The notes beneath the pieces are model-generated. The model had not been told where the DNA came from and did not search any database. It worked only from the letters and a program-made list of their open reading frames with translations. Below are positions 13,998-26,600 of a stretch of DNA of 64,000 nt, piece by piece. A program made the position numbers and the translations under genes. Origin of the DNA: the human T2T-CHM13v2.0 reference genome, Homo sapiens; assembly GCF_009914755.1 (NCBI RefSeq), contig NC_060929.1; one strand, 5' to 3'. Positions within the stretch are counted from its first letter, which is position 1; each line of letters opens with the position of its first letter.

Positions 13998-14324
13998 CAG
14001 GGTCAGCAAACTGTCTGTAATGACTGGATACTATTTTAGGCTCTGTGATCCATATGGTGTCTGTCCCAATTAATCAACTCTGTCATTGTAGCAAGAAAGC
14101 AGCCATAGACAATATGTAAACAAATGAGCATGGCTGTGTCCCATTAAAACTTTATTTATGGACATTTAAATCTGAATTTCATACATTTTCATGAGTCATG
14201 AAATATTACCTTTTGATTTTTTTTCCAACCTTTAAGAAATGTAAAAACCAATTTCACTTGCAGGCTGAACCAAAGCAGGGAGCAGTCCCAATAAGGCCCA
14301 CAGGCCATAATTTGCTGGTCCCTG
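13998..14324 (+). mobile_element. MER58B-like hAT DNA transposon
   Basis: Termini cagggtcagcaaac ... tttgctggtccctg. Internal 'aaagcagccatagacaatatgtaaacaaatg'. 8-bp TSD tgttagca / tgttagaa. Confidence 0.85.
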
Positions 14325-15037
14325 TGTTAGAAATTTCATGGCTGGTATTTCTACTGAGCTTTCAAAATGCACAATTTCAGCAACCCCTGCAACTCCATGC
14401 CTCAACCTCCTTCCCCCTCATTCAGGAAATATCAAGCAAAGAAAGCATGCTAATTCAAGGCAACAAAAGAAAAATAGTGACACTGAATTCTCTAAAATTG
14501 AATAATATAACCTGGTTATTGAGAAATAAGGCAACCTCTAGCCAGTGGAGAATGGCAGTAGCTTCTACTTTTATACTATAAGAAGGCCTGTTTTAATACT
14601 GACTAATGAGAGGAAAAGTTAGCCTGAATTAAAGACTTTAAAATGCAATTTTATTGTTCACCAAGGAAGTATTACTGCAAAGCAGAAGGCCTAACAGGCC
14701 TGTTTTAATGAATAGATGACTCATCTGTAATCAGTGCATTAATTGTTGGGATTCAAATGGGTGCTCTTAAAGTACTGGGAAAAATAGTTTCATTTTTAAA
14801 GCAGGTTAAGCATTCCCCCTACAGCCTTTTTTAAAGTATCAATTTGCTTTGCAAACTATCTCTTTCCAAAGACTGTAGAAGTAAACTTTCATAAAACCCT
14901 GACAGATTTATCACAAATTCTATGCTATTAAATTTCAAATTAAAAAAAGCCACATGAATTTGGGTAACATTTTAAGTATTACAATACAAAATCAACGTTA
15001 TCACTTAGCCTCCCAGTCCCTAGGGTTGACACTGTAC

Positions 15038-15146
15038 CTTTTGCCTTTCAAATTATTTCGGAACTTGTCCTCATATTGGAGTTTTGCCTCTCTTTCCCCA
15101 GTCTGAAGATTCAGCCGTACGTGGGATCCTGCAGGGACAGCCTGCC
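15038..15146 (-). CDS. SIL1: SIL1 internal coding exon (exon 4 of the usual 10-exon model), 109 nt, phase 1 to phase 2
   Basis: Minus strand reads ttttag|GG CAG GCT GTC...GGC AAA AG|gtacag. It translates to (G)[35 protein letters not shown](R), which I recognise as human SIL1 residues ~82-118. Canonical AG (plus 'ct' 15147-15148) and GT (plus 'ac' 15036-15037). Confidence 0.97.
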
Positions 15147-16521
15147 CTAAAAGCCAAGAAGAGAAAAGGCTCATGAGGTACAAGGTCTTTGGAAGGCTGT
15201 CGGGATGGCCAGCAAGCCAACAGGACTTACTAGTTCATGAAGACACGACTCAGCTGTGTTCAGTTACCTACTCAATCCACCCATCCCTCTCCCTTGAACA
15301 CACACACCACTCGCATAAACTCACTTTGCTAATCTATAAGGAAATCTGTAAGGGAATGACGTAAGATGGGCAAGAGGATTCACACTTGAATCTAGAGACC
15401 AATGTCCCCCAGTTAGAACCTGCATATTTAAGCTCTTCTATGTCTTCTTGAGCTAATAAAAGCTTTGTGTTACGTGCAGCAGGTAAGTGGTAGATAACTA
15501 CTCATTCCTCAGGACATGCTACTTTACCGTCTCTTCCATGACACCCTTCCTGCCCCTCCCCGACAGTCAGTCCCACAGGGCCCCAGACAGCCTGCCATCC
15601 CAGCAAGCTTACACCTCACCACCTGCATCTGTTTAATTAGGCTCCTTCTATGAGGCTCTCTCCTTCCTAAGCACAGGGACTGTATTTCCTCCTTTTTGAT
15701 TTCCCAGCCCTTAGGCCAGGGCTTGGCACATAAAAGTGTGGCACTTAACGTTATGAAAAGGAAGAAGGAAGAGACTGGAAGGCAAGAGGACAGAGCAAGC
15801 CAAGGAGGCAGGGAGTGGAGCCAAGAGAAACTGAAAACCTACACCCACCTATCTATGGAGCTGATCCACAGCTGGGAAAAACAAGTGTTGTGAATCGATG
15901 GGCTATTCCTATGCACTGCACAAAACTACTCAAGTATAGTTAAAAAGCAACTGTGCAGTAGCACATACTACAAATGGAATGCTACACACATTCATTCATT
16001 CATGAAACTGCTGTAGGGATGGAGAATTTCAGGGAAAAGGTTTTTCAGGAGATGGGAGATTTGAAGCAAAGATGGTGCTTCTGACAACCTGGACTTTGAC
16101 TCTGCTTTCTCCTGCCAGAGGACAGCATTGCCTTGCTGGTGTTAAGTCTGATTTAAGAACCCAAATCAATGACTTTCAGAAAAAATTCCTCCGAAGGAAG
16201 CACACAGCACAAGTTCTCTCAAATAATCAGGTAAACTCAAGTATAGAAGGATAATGATATAGGCAAGTATTCACCAGTTCTCGCAATTCTGGGAGGCCCA
16301 TAGAGAACTCTGAGTTCCACCAGTCAGTCACTCTATCCCCAATCAAGATGCCAGGGATATCGCACACCATGCTGTTGCTGTTCCTGCCGTCCCACTTCAG
16401 TAGGGAGTTTCTGTATGTTTTACTTTAAAAAATGGGAACCTACATACAGTATATAGAAGTATGTGCATAATGATCTCCCTCTAACCCCAACCATTATTTT
16501 CAAGGATAAAAAATACATTCA

Positions 16522-16797
16522 GGCCAGGCATGGTTGCTCACACTTTGGGAGGCCAAGGCAGGTGGATCACCTGAGGTCAGGAGTTCGAGACCAGCCTTGG
16601 CAAATGGTGAAACCCCATCTCTACTAAAAATACAAAAATTAGCCAAGTGTGGTGGCAGGAACCTGTAATCTCAGCTACTTGGGAGGCTGAGGCAGGAGAA
16701 CTGCTTGAACCTGAATGGTGGAGGTTGCAGTAAGCCAAGATCACGCCACTGCACTCCAGCCTGGGCAACAGTGCAAGACTCCGTCTCAAAAAAAAAA
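16522..16797 (+). mobile_element. AluS-like
   Basis: Dimeric Alu with a short 5' deletion and an A tail. Confidence 0.92.
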
Positions 16798-17250
16798 GTT
16801 CAGAGCGCAGTGGAAAAATCCTTCTCTGGGGTGGCCCTCCTGATAAAGTTGGGGTCAAATGAAGAAAAAAGCGAGTCCCAGACTAGGAATAAAGGGAATA
16901 CCAGAGTAAGGAAGCCCCATGTGCAAATGCACTGACACGGAACCCAATAGGCCACAGAAGCTGAGGAGAGACTAGGCCACAGAACTAACTGGAAGGGCTG
17001 TGGGGGCTGCTGGCTTGGTACCACCAGGAAGCCTGGGTTCATATTCCTAGGATGGGAAAATATTCATCAAACAGCGGCGGAAGATGGTTCTGGGAGGAGA
17101 GGAGGCTGAATACTGGCAAGAATAACAAAGAACTGGCAACTTCTATCCTATTACTATGATCACAGGGCAAGAGGTAATTTCTTTAGTACTAATCTAATCT
17201 CTGAATGTGTGAAGGGGAGAGGCTGCCTCACCTGGAGAGATCCCAAACTG

Positions 17251-17352
17251 ACAAGACAATAGTCCCTTCCTGGATGAATGCTAAACAAGACAATAGTCCC
17301 TTCCTGGATGAATGCTAAACAAGACAATAGTCTCTTCCTGGATGAATGCTAA
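17251..17352. repeat. Minisatellite, 3 x 34 bp
   Basis: acaagacaatagtcccttcctggatgaatgctaa starts at 17251, 17285 and 17319, with one C>T in copy 3. Confidence 0.97.
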
Positions 17353-17379
17353 AATGCCAGCCCCCTTTACTCTACCACA

Positions 17380-18105
17380 TTGATACCCAATCTACCTCCC
17401 AAACTGGTTGATTTTTCCTGCTATGTATGTCTTGAATGCATACTCTTCTCTCCATCTTCCCCCACTGCTTTTGTCTGAACCATCACCATCTCTGATCTGC
17501 GCCCTATCACAGCTTTCTAACTGGCCTCCCCGATTCACCTCCCAATCAAACTGTTCTTTAAAGCGAATGATTTTTCTTTTCCAAAATACCAAACCTATGT
17601 CATTCTCCTGCTTCAAACCTTTTCATGGCTTCCTACTATTCTGAGGATAAAAATGAAAATCCTCACCCTGGTCCATGAGGCCCTGCAGTATCTGGCCCCA
17701 GCCTACCTCTCCAGCCTTGTCCACTCCTCATTCCTGTGCTCTAGGCACACTGGTCTTTTTCCATCCTTCTGAAAGAACCATGCTACCTCCTACCAGGGGG
17801 CCATTCCATCTGCTGTTCCCTTTGTCCAGAAGAGTCTTCCCACCCTCAGCCTCCATCTCCTCATCCTTCCAATCCCAGCTAAAGTCACTTCTTCTGAAAG
17901 GCATCCTCTATTTTCTCAGACTAGATTTACCTGCCTCCAAAAGATTTCACAGCACCATGAATCCTTTATAGCACTTACCACAATCAGTAATTACACATTA
18001 GTTTTTTTATTTATGTGGTGAATATAAATGCTCACCATTTTATCCTCAGGGCCTATAACATGACCTGGCTGGCATATAGTGAACTCTCAATAATTATTTG
18101 TTGGT
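17380..18105 (+). mobile_element. L2 3' fragment
   Basis: Typical L2 phrases ('ggcttcctact...ggataaaa...aaatcctc', 'ctggcatatagt...ctcaata'). Confidence 0.7.
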
Positions 18106-18118
18106 CAAGTGAGGAGGC

Positions 18119-18527
18119 CCTTGCCTATAGTCCCAGCACTTTGGGAGGCTGAGACGAGGGGATCACCTGAGCCCAGGAGTTAGAGACCAGCCTGAGCAAC
18201 ACAATGAGATCCCATCTCTAGAAAATAATTTAAAATTAGCTGAGTGTGGTGGCTCACACCTGTAATTCCAGCACTTTGGGAGGCCAAGGCAAGTGGATCA
18301 CTTGAGGCCATGGGTTGGGCAACACAGTGAGACCCCGTCTGTACAAAAAAATTAAAATAAAAAAATTAGCCAGGCACAATGGCATGCTCCTATAGTCCTA
18401 GCCACTTGAAGTCTGAGGTGGGAAGATTGCCTGAGCTCAGGAGTTCAAGGCAGCAATGGGCTATGATCATGCCACTGCACTCTAGCCTGGGCAACAGAGT
18501 GAGAACTTGTCTCTAAATTAAAAAAAT
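18119..18527 (+). mobile_element. Trimeric AluJ-like (left-left-right arms)
   Basis: Two 'cagcactttgggagg' left arms precede a right arm and A tail. Confidence 0.85.
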
Positions 18528-19454
18528 AATAATTATTTGTTAAGTGAAAATGTTTAAAAGAAAGAGGGAATTCCTAGCTGATCTAGAGTTATATGGAAAG
18601 GCCAAGAAGGATTTTTACTAGGGCAGGTTGAGTTATAATAGTAATTAGTCATGTTAATAGTTATTTTTAGTAATAATGGTACTAATACTAGTAATATAAT
18701 AAAAATAGTATTTAAAATTTTCAAACTTTTGATCAAAGTTAGAAATGGAAAAGAAAAAAGCATGTAAGTGTATAAGCTTCAGAAGTAATAGGTTATAGTG
18801 TGCTAAGCTCGCCAAAGAAGAGACTAGGTTCTTATGTGAATCTAGTTATTTTGATGAAAATTCCAAAATTACTCCCTTCACATAAGCCACCACAGGGGGC
18901 AAGAGCAACCACAACAGCATTAACTCAAAATACAGGTTGTGTTCATTTAAAATATACTAAACACGTCATGGCAGCAGCAGTGGCAAAAGCAACAGGAAAT
19001 GCAGTATTTCAAATACTTCTCCACTGGGGAAATGTCCAAGTTAGACAGATAGTATAATCTGACCTGTATCCTTCGAGAGCCCCTGTGACAGATGAAAATG
19101 TACCAGAACACAGGGGAAGGGCAAATCAGAGCAAAGAGAAAACAAGATACATACAGGTAACAAGTTAGGGGGATGGAGAGCAAGGGTACAGGCAGAAAAT
19201 AATGTCTGGATCCAGGAAGGCAAACAGGCCTGCAAAGCCTACAGTGTCTGTTTTCCCACCTCCAGCTCGTTCAGAGCTGATCCCAAGGCTGACTATCCTA
19301 GCCTAGAAAACCCATCCATATTAAGCAGAAGCCCTGTCCATATTGAGTAAGGCCACCTCATGCTTGAATTTTGACTCCCACTGACACTGTCACTGACTTC
19401 AGTCACAGGCCAGGACCCAGATAACAACTCTTGTTTTCTGGGTTGGGGGATAAT

Positions 19455-19692
19455 CTATGGTAGACTGCAACATCGTCACCAATTTTCTTCCTCCCTGCTT
19501 GTCACACTCTCTGCCATGTGACTTTACAGTTCCTCCTACTGCAGAGTGTGCCTTCTCACACCTTGACTTTGGATTTTGCTTATCACATGCATTGGCCAGT
19601 GGGATGCTAGCAAATGGGCCGCAAACAGATGTTTGAAATGTGCTTGCATGGTTGTATCATGTTCTGCTATTGTCATGAAAAGAACATCACTG
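19455..19692 (+). mobile_element. MLT1I/J-like MaLR LTR, split by the SVA (resumes ~21448-21500)
   Basis: 'ccttgactttgg...tggccagtgggatg', and 'catgaaaagaacat...ctggtccaagaaggatgagacac' continuous across the SVA insertion. Confidence 0.55.
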
Positions 19693-21407
19693 ACTCTCCC
19701 TCTCCCTCTCCCCCTCTCCCCTTCTCCCCCTCTCCCCCTCTCCCTCTCCCCACGGTCTCCCTCTCCCTCTCCCCACGGTCTCCCTCTCCCTCTCTTTCCA
19801 CGGTCTCCCCCTGATGCCTAGCCGAAGCTGGACTGTACTGCTGCCATCTCGGCTCACTGCAACCTCCCTGCCTGATTCTTCTGCCTCAGCCTGCCGAGTG
19901 CCTGCACAGGCACGCGCCGCCACGCCTGACTGGTTTTCGTATTTTTTTGGTGGAGACGGGGTTTCGCTGTGTTGGCCGGGCCAGTCTCCAGCTCCTAACC
20001 GCGAGTGATCCGCCAGCCTCGACCTCCCGAAGTGCCGGGATTGCAGACAGAGTCTCCTTCACTCAGTGCTCAATGGTGCCCAGGCTGGAGTGCAGTGGCG
20101 TGATCTCGGCTCGCTACAACCTCCACCTCCCAGCCGCCTGCCTTGGCCTCCCAAAGTGCCGAGATTGCAGCCTCTGCCCGGCCGCCACCCCGTCTGGGAA
20201 GTGAGGAGCGTCTCTGCTTGGCCACCCATCGTCTGGGATGTGAGGAGCCCCTCTGCCTGGCTGCCCAGTCTGGAAAGTGAGGAGCGTCTCTGCCCGGCCG
20301 CCATCCCATCTAGGAAGTGAGGAGTGCCTCTTCCCGGCTGCCATCCCATCTAGGAAGTGAGGAGCGTCTCTGCCCGGCCGCCCATCGTCTGAGATGTGGG
20401 GAGCGCCTCTGCCCTGCCGCCCCGTCTGGGAGGTGAGGAGCATCTCTGCCCGGCCAACCCGTCTGAGAAGTGAGGAGACCCTCTGCCCCACAACCACCCC
20501 GACTGAGAAGTGAGGAGCCCCTCCGCCCGGCAGCCACCCCGTCTGGGAAGTGAGGAGCGTCTCCGCCCGGCAGCCACCCCGTCCGGGAGGGAGGTGGGGG
20601 TCAGCCCCCTGCCAGGCCAGCCGCCCCGTCCGGGAGGGAGGTGGGGGGGTCAGCCCCCCGACCGGCCAGCCGCCCCGTCCAGGAGGGAGGTGGGGGGGTC
20701 AGCCCCCCGCCCGGCCAGCCGCCCCATCAAGGAGGGAGGTGGGGGGGTCAGCCCCCCGCCCGGCCAGCCGCCCCGTCCGGGAGGGAGGTGGGGGCGTCAG
20801 CCCCCCGCCCGGCCAGCTGCCCCGCCCGGGAGGTGAGGGGCGCCTCTGCCTGCCCGCCCCTACTGGGAAGTGAGGAGCCCCTCTGCCCAGCCACCACCCC
20901 GTCTGGGAGGTGTACCCAACAGCTCATTGAGAACGGGCCATGATGACAATGGCGGTTTTGTGGAATAGAAAGGGGGGAAAGGTGGGGAAAAGATTGAGAA
21001 ATCGGATGGTTGCCGTGTCTGTGTAGAAAGAAGTAGACATGGGAGACTTTTCATTTTGTTCTGTACTAAGAAAAATTCTTCTGCCTTGGGATCCTGTTGA
21101 TGGGTGACCTTACCCCCAACCCTGTGCTCTCTGAAACATGTGCTGTGTCCACTCAGGGTTAAATGGATTAAGGGCGCTGCAAGATGTGCTTTGTTAAACA
21201 GATGCTTGAAGGCAGCATGCTCGTTAAGAGTCATCACCACTCCCTAATCTCAAGTACCCAGGGACACAAACACTGCGGAAGGCCGCAGAGTCCTCTGCCT
21301 AGGAAAACCAGAGACCTTTGTTCACTTGTTTATCTGCTGACCTTCCCTCCACTATTGTCCTATGACCCAGCCAAATCCCCCTCTGCGAGAAACACCCAAG
21401 AATGATC

Positions 21408-21447
<40 letters not shown>
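19693..21447 (+). mobile_element. Full-length SVA retrotransposon (SVA_D-like), antisense to SIL1
   Basis: CCCTCT hexamers (~19693-19790), Alu-like domain, GC-rich VNTR (~20170-20910), SINE-R and a ~36-nt poly-A. Perfect 16-bp TSD gaaaagaacatcactg at 19677-19692 and 21448-21463. Confidence 0.97.
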
Positions 21448-21449
<2 letters not shown>

Positions 21450-21823
21450 AAAGAACATCACTGCTAGCCTTCTGGTCCAAGAAGGATGAGACACCCACGG
21501 AGAAGAAACAAGTCAGGGCTTCATGTGCACATGGTTTATTAAGGGGTGCTCTCCAGTTGACAGGAAATGAGGAGGCAGGGAGGACTTTGTACCCCCACCT
21601 GCCCCCTCCTGGCAGTCAGAGGCCGCAGGCTACCAGAGCAGGTGGAGGCAGAAGCTCTGGGCAAAGAAGCTTTGGCTCCTCAGAGGGGTCCAGGAACAGG
21701 TGGCAAGAGTGAGTCTTGAACCCCCACAGAGGCTGGGGAAGAAACACCCCCTACAGGAAAAGGAGATCCCAGGAAGTATGGGCAGGGAACCAAAAGCATC
21801 TGCTTTAATGGCTGTCTTAGAGT

Positions 21824-22120
21824 GTGTCCTAGTCCATTAGGAATCCTATAACAGAGTAACTTAGACTGGGTAATTTATAAACAATACAAATTTATTGCTC
21901 ACAATTCTGGAGACTGGGAAGTCCAAGATCACACCAGCAGTTTCAGTGTCTGGTGAGAGCCTGTTCCTCACAGAAGGTGCCTTCTAAGTGTTTTCACATG
22001 GTGGAAGGGGCCAGGAGGCACCCTCAAGCCTCTTCACTAATCCTATTCATGAGGCGTGGAACTCTCATGACCTCATCACCTCCTAAAGGCCCCACCTTCT
22101 AATACTATCATACTGGGTAT
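21824..22120 (-). mobile_element. MST/MLT1A-like MaLR LTR, partial
   Basis: 'ctataaca...agactgggtaatttataaac...ctgggaagtccaagatca', 'ctcctaaaggccccacct'. Confidence 0.75.
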
Positions 22121-23079
22121 CAGGGGACAACCCAAATGTCCATCATGTGATAAATGAATTAATAAAAGTAGTATATCCATATAATATTATTCACCATTAA
22201 AAGGAGCAATAAATACTGCTACATCCTACAACATTGATGAACCTTGAAAACATTGTGCTAAGTGAAAGCCAGATACAAAAAAGCATGTATCATATGATTA
22301 CTTTTACATGAAATGTACAGAATAGGCAAATCCATAGAAACCGTAGATTAATGGCTGTCAGGGGCTGTGGGAAGGAAGGAATGAGGATTGACCACTCGTG
22401 GTCTGGAGTTAGACAGTGGCAGTAATTGCACAACACTGTGGGTAAACTAAAAAAAAAAACACCAAATTACCAAGAAAAAAATCATGGGGGAAATACTTTC
22501 AGATTATACAAATCCATCCCTTGACTCTAAAAACCATTGCATGCCATTAGAGGAATCCATCTGCAACATTTACCACTGTGGTAATCATCTAATGGGAATT
22601 TGCTACTTCCCTCCTTCTTTACACATTTATTAATTGGGATTTATTTCACTCCAAGAAAAAATTGTCACTCCTCTAATTATTTGTATTAGTATGAACTCAT
22701 GGATATTTTATTCTATGGGTCCAACACTATTATTATTTATTTTGTTACTCAAATTGTTTCAGCCTTAGCAATCAGAAGTGCCTTCAGGTTGGCTCTTACA
22801 TTCCTTTGAAAAACCCTTCCTCCCCACCATCATTTTCTTTTTAAAAGTATTTCCTTACTTTCTGGTTCCATAAGATGTTCCAGGTTCATCTTGTATTTTC
22901 ATTTCCCCAGCCCTGGAATCAGCCACTTCTAACGAGCCCTAGTTTTTTTTCTTTTTCTTTCTTTTTTCTTTTTTCAATTGGAGAACAGTGTTTAGAAGCC
23001 AAGATCTGGATGCTAGGTGTGTTCATTACTACTAGGGTGTTGGTATTTCTAAGCCCTCTCAGTAGGCGGAGCTAGAAAT

Positions 23080-23084
<5 letters not shown>

Positions 23085-23115
<31 letters not shown>
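23085..23115. repeat. (TG)n microsatellite, ~15 units, with adjacent TA/CA-rich sequence
   Basis: Read directly from the sequence. Confidence 0.95.
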
Positions 23116-23117
<2 letters not shown>

Positions 23118-23243
23118 CAAAATACCTTAGACTGGGTAATTTATAAACAATACAAATTATATATACACACACAAATGTTAATTATATATATGTATATGTA
23201 CACACACACATAGACATACATACATTTGTATATATATATGTGG

Positions 23244-23603
23244 TGATAAGGTTTGGCTGTGTCTCCACTTAAATCTCATCTTGAATTGTAGCTCCCTTAA
23301 TTCCCACATGTCATGGGAGCCACCTGGTAGGAGGTAATTAAATCATGGGGGTGGGTCTTTCCTGTGCTGTTCCTGTGATGGTGAATAAGCCTCAGGAGAT
23401 CTGATGGTTTTATAAAGGGCAGTTCCCCTGCACACGCTCTCTTTCCTGCTGCCATGTAAAGACATGACTTTGCTACTCATTCACCTTCCACCATGATTGT
23501 AAGGCCTCACCGGCCATGTGGAACTGTGAGTCCATTAAACCTCTTTCCTTTATAAATTACCCAGTCTCAGGTATGTCTTTATTAGCAGCATGGATACTAA
23601 TAT
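23244..23603 (+). mobile_element. THE1-family solo LTR (THE1B/C-like)
   Basis: tgataaggtttggctgtgtc...aaatctcatcttgaattgtagctccc...cattaaacctctttcctttataaattacccagtctcagg...ctaata, ~360 bp. Confidence 0.88.
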
Positions 23604-26600
23604 ATACAGCTTAGAATATTATATTACATATATTCTAAACCACATATACATATATGATTTAGAATAACATTCAGGCCCTCCATGTAATCATCAATCATTA
23701 ATGTTTAAGGGACACTGAGTTCACTTTCTCTAATAATCTGTGCCAAAAGTAACAAAAGAGGACATCAACAGATGTACAATATATATACATACAGACATCT
23801 ATATACATGCACACACCTATATTTCTTGCTATATTATTGTTGTGTGTATATATCCACACATCTATATTTCTATATCTATTTATCTGTATATATTTTTAAA
23901 ACTACAAGTTTATACTGATAGTTCAGATTCCAATCTAATACACGGGCTCATTTGTCTTCTCACTTTACTTATTTATAACTTCTTTCTCTAACACTGAGAA
24001 ACCTGCTCTTATTATCTACAATATATTTTTGTTCTAGTATACAAATAAACTAGTTTCAAAACTGTTAACCCATATCCCTGTGAGAAATACATTTACCAAA
24101 CTAGATTACAGCATGTATGTACAGTTCTGTTTTTAGCTTTACAGTACCTGGTCAAAATATTGCTTCACAAAGTCACTTGGGTTAGTTCTTCCCTGTCCAA
24201 TTCATTAAGGTTATGTTATTAATTAGTAATACTTGGTTCATTTGTTAGTATTTGTATTCCATTTTATGGCTCCTGCCCCTCCATATCCTGATTGGCTTAA
24301 CTGTTTATTTGGTGAGCCTATGAAGAGTATGTGAACTATTACTGTGGTTCTAAGAGTCGGAGCTATAAAAAAGAACAGTGTTCTGTTCTCTTACATACTT
24401 TTTTTTTGTATAGTTACTGTTTTTTTAAGCCACCAGGATTTGAGGTGTTTGTTTATTGTGGCATTCATTCCAATGGTCCCGAAACAAGAAATTAAAAGTG
24501 CCCAATATAAATAACAGTTTTTTCTGAAATTATATAGTTGCTTTTTTGTGTTAAAATGTCCTTTTAAAAGATGAGATAATGATAGTAGATAGTGTGTTGT
24601 TTCCATGTTAAGGCCCTTAACTCAGCAAAATAAAAAGTTGGCCTTAGTCCTCCAATTTTTTTTTTTTTTTTAAGTTTTTCTGGTCCATAAAACACCATAG
24701 CCTAGAAACCACCTCTCCAGTCTACCAATCTTCCCTAGGACATTTGAGAATTATTCCCATTGTACACTTTAAATAGGTGAATTGGATAGTATATAAATTA
24801 TATCTCGATAAAGTGGTTGTAGAAATATATTCCTCCACCATCTCTTTTTAAATCCTTGAACAGCAATTAGTCTATCAGACACAGTTCAATGTGACAGTAA
24901 ATATTTCTAGGGGCCAGGAAAGAGAACTAAGGCTCAGGGCCTAGACACAGACCCAGGAGTGAAGTTCTTGGAACGTTAGGAAGGGGAAAATTAGCCTAGG
25001 AAGCCTGAGGCCATGAAGCACCAGGACAAGAGGAACCCTGGCAGAAGGACAGGTAAGAAATAGTGATCAGGAGGTAGGAGCCATGTCAAATGCCCACAGG
25101 AGGCAGGAGGCAAGAGAGTGAGGAGGTTCATCTGTAAGAAAACATGAATGGTGAGGGCTGTGAAAAATGCCCCTTCTAAAAGTATTCCACCTTAAATACA
25201 GAAAAGGCAAACAAAACATATGGCCAGTTTGTAACTGCTGAAATGATAGTTTTACCTATTAACAAATTATACCTGGCTCTGTCTTTGCCCCAACTCATCC
25301 CAGTGTCCAGTGCTTAGAAACTTGTCCCTCCTGGACTCCCAGTGACAGGGCCTGCTCAGGTGGTGCCCACAGTGAGGTTGCTGTGGAGCCTGGCTGCCCT
25401 GCTTCAATGAAGACAGGCCAACTGGAATGAATGCATGGTGCTCTTGGGTCTGCCTTGGCATTAAGAGCTTTGGTAGTTATGGGACTTCAGGAGGGGTGAA
25501 AAGGACAGGATGTCCTCCATAGGCTCCTGCCTGGAAACTTCCCGCTCCAGGGACTTCCAGTCATACGTGGACACAATGGCAGAAAGCCAGAGGCTGCCCC
25601 GGCTGGCCATGCCGCAAGCCCTGGGACTCTGCTCCTCACTTGGCTATCTTTGTTGGCTGGGTGACTCTAGCCAAATTCCTTTATGTTTCTGAATCTTCAT
25701 GCCCTTATGTGTCAACTGAAAAGAATTTATCATGTCTGTTTTCCCTAATGTGCTACATTGTTGTGAAGAACAAATGAAAAAAGAACTGTGTCAGTGCTCA
25801 GAAGAAATAAAAAGTACACCAGAAAAAGCAGTCCCAAAAACAACCCAAAAAGGTAAATGTCAACCCGGATGAAGCAAAGACAGCTTATTTGTCAAGTCCT
25901 ACAGGTAGGTGTTAAGAGTAAAAACTCCCGGTTATGCTGAGTTTCTGAAGGGCAGGAACCAATTATTGGTGCCCACAGCTCAAGCTCAGCTCAAGGCACA
26001 CAGTAGGCCTCCATAAAGGTCAGCTTGAATGCCAGCTCCCTCTTCCCCAGACCAAAAGGAATACAAAAATATAGAACAGGAAGCAATGCCACTCACCTCG
26101 CTGGGGCCTCCAAGCTCCTAATAGGGCTGGTCAGAGCTGAGGCTTTACAGGCCCAGTTGCCATGACTACTAAAGCCCTCTCCTCCTGCTTCTTTATTCAA
26201 AACCCCCGAACAAGTCTTGGCAAGATCCCTGCCTTACACAAATGAGCATCTATCCTGTCTCCAGGACTTGAACGGAACCAGTAACAAATAACGTGCACAA
26301 ACCTCTCTAGGGTGCTGAACCCTGAAACAACACTTAATGTTATTGTGTTTTTAAGGGAACCAAAAATGGAGACCTTTTTTTTAAACAGCAAAATACATAA
26401 TGAGCCATTCTGGATCATAGTCATATTTATGTATTTTTTAGAAGGACTAAACAATGACAAACTGAGAAAAATAGGAATATTCTCCAAATGTATTTTTACT
26501 CTGAATCACAGAGAATCTAGAATCTGGGCCGGGTCTTAGAAGAGTTCCCCAGCATGGCTTCCAGGCAAGGGTAGAAATCCCCAAGCTGCATGAAAGCCGC

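Larger units (their letters stand above)
22560..24390 (-). mobile_element. L1MC-like 3' fragments, interrupted by a microsatellite and a THE1 LTR
   Basis: Antisense counterpart of the motifs at ~34540-34700 ('ccagccctggaatcagcca', 'ttctaagccctctcagt'). Confidence 0.55.

Noticed and set aside
17251-17352. 34-bp repeats of CRISPR-like length
   Set aside because: The units are directly adjacent with no spacers, there are no cas genes, and the DNA is human.
18885-18902. CTCF-like site (ccaccacagggggca)
   Set aside because: Only the 3' half matches the core, with several mismatches in the 5' half.
20170-20910. CpG island or promoter
   Set aside because: The CpG density is fully explained by the SVA VNTR.
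19576-21712. Dense overlapping Pro/Gly/Arg-rich ORFs
   Set aside because: They are translations of the SVA Alu-like, VNTR and SINE-R domains. GC-rich repeats lack stop codons.
24395-24670. Possible processed-pseudogene 3'UTR fragment beside a poly-T run
   Set aside because: There is no recognisable parent gene, no TSD, and no correctly oriented polyadenylation signal next to the tract.
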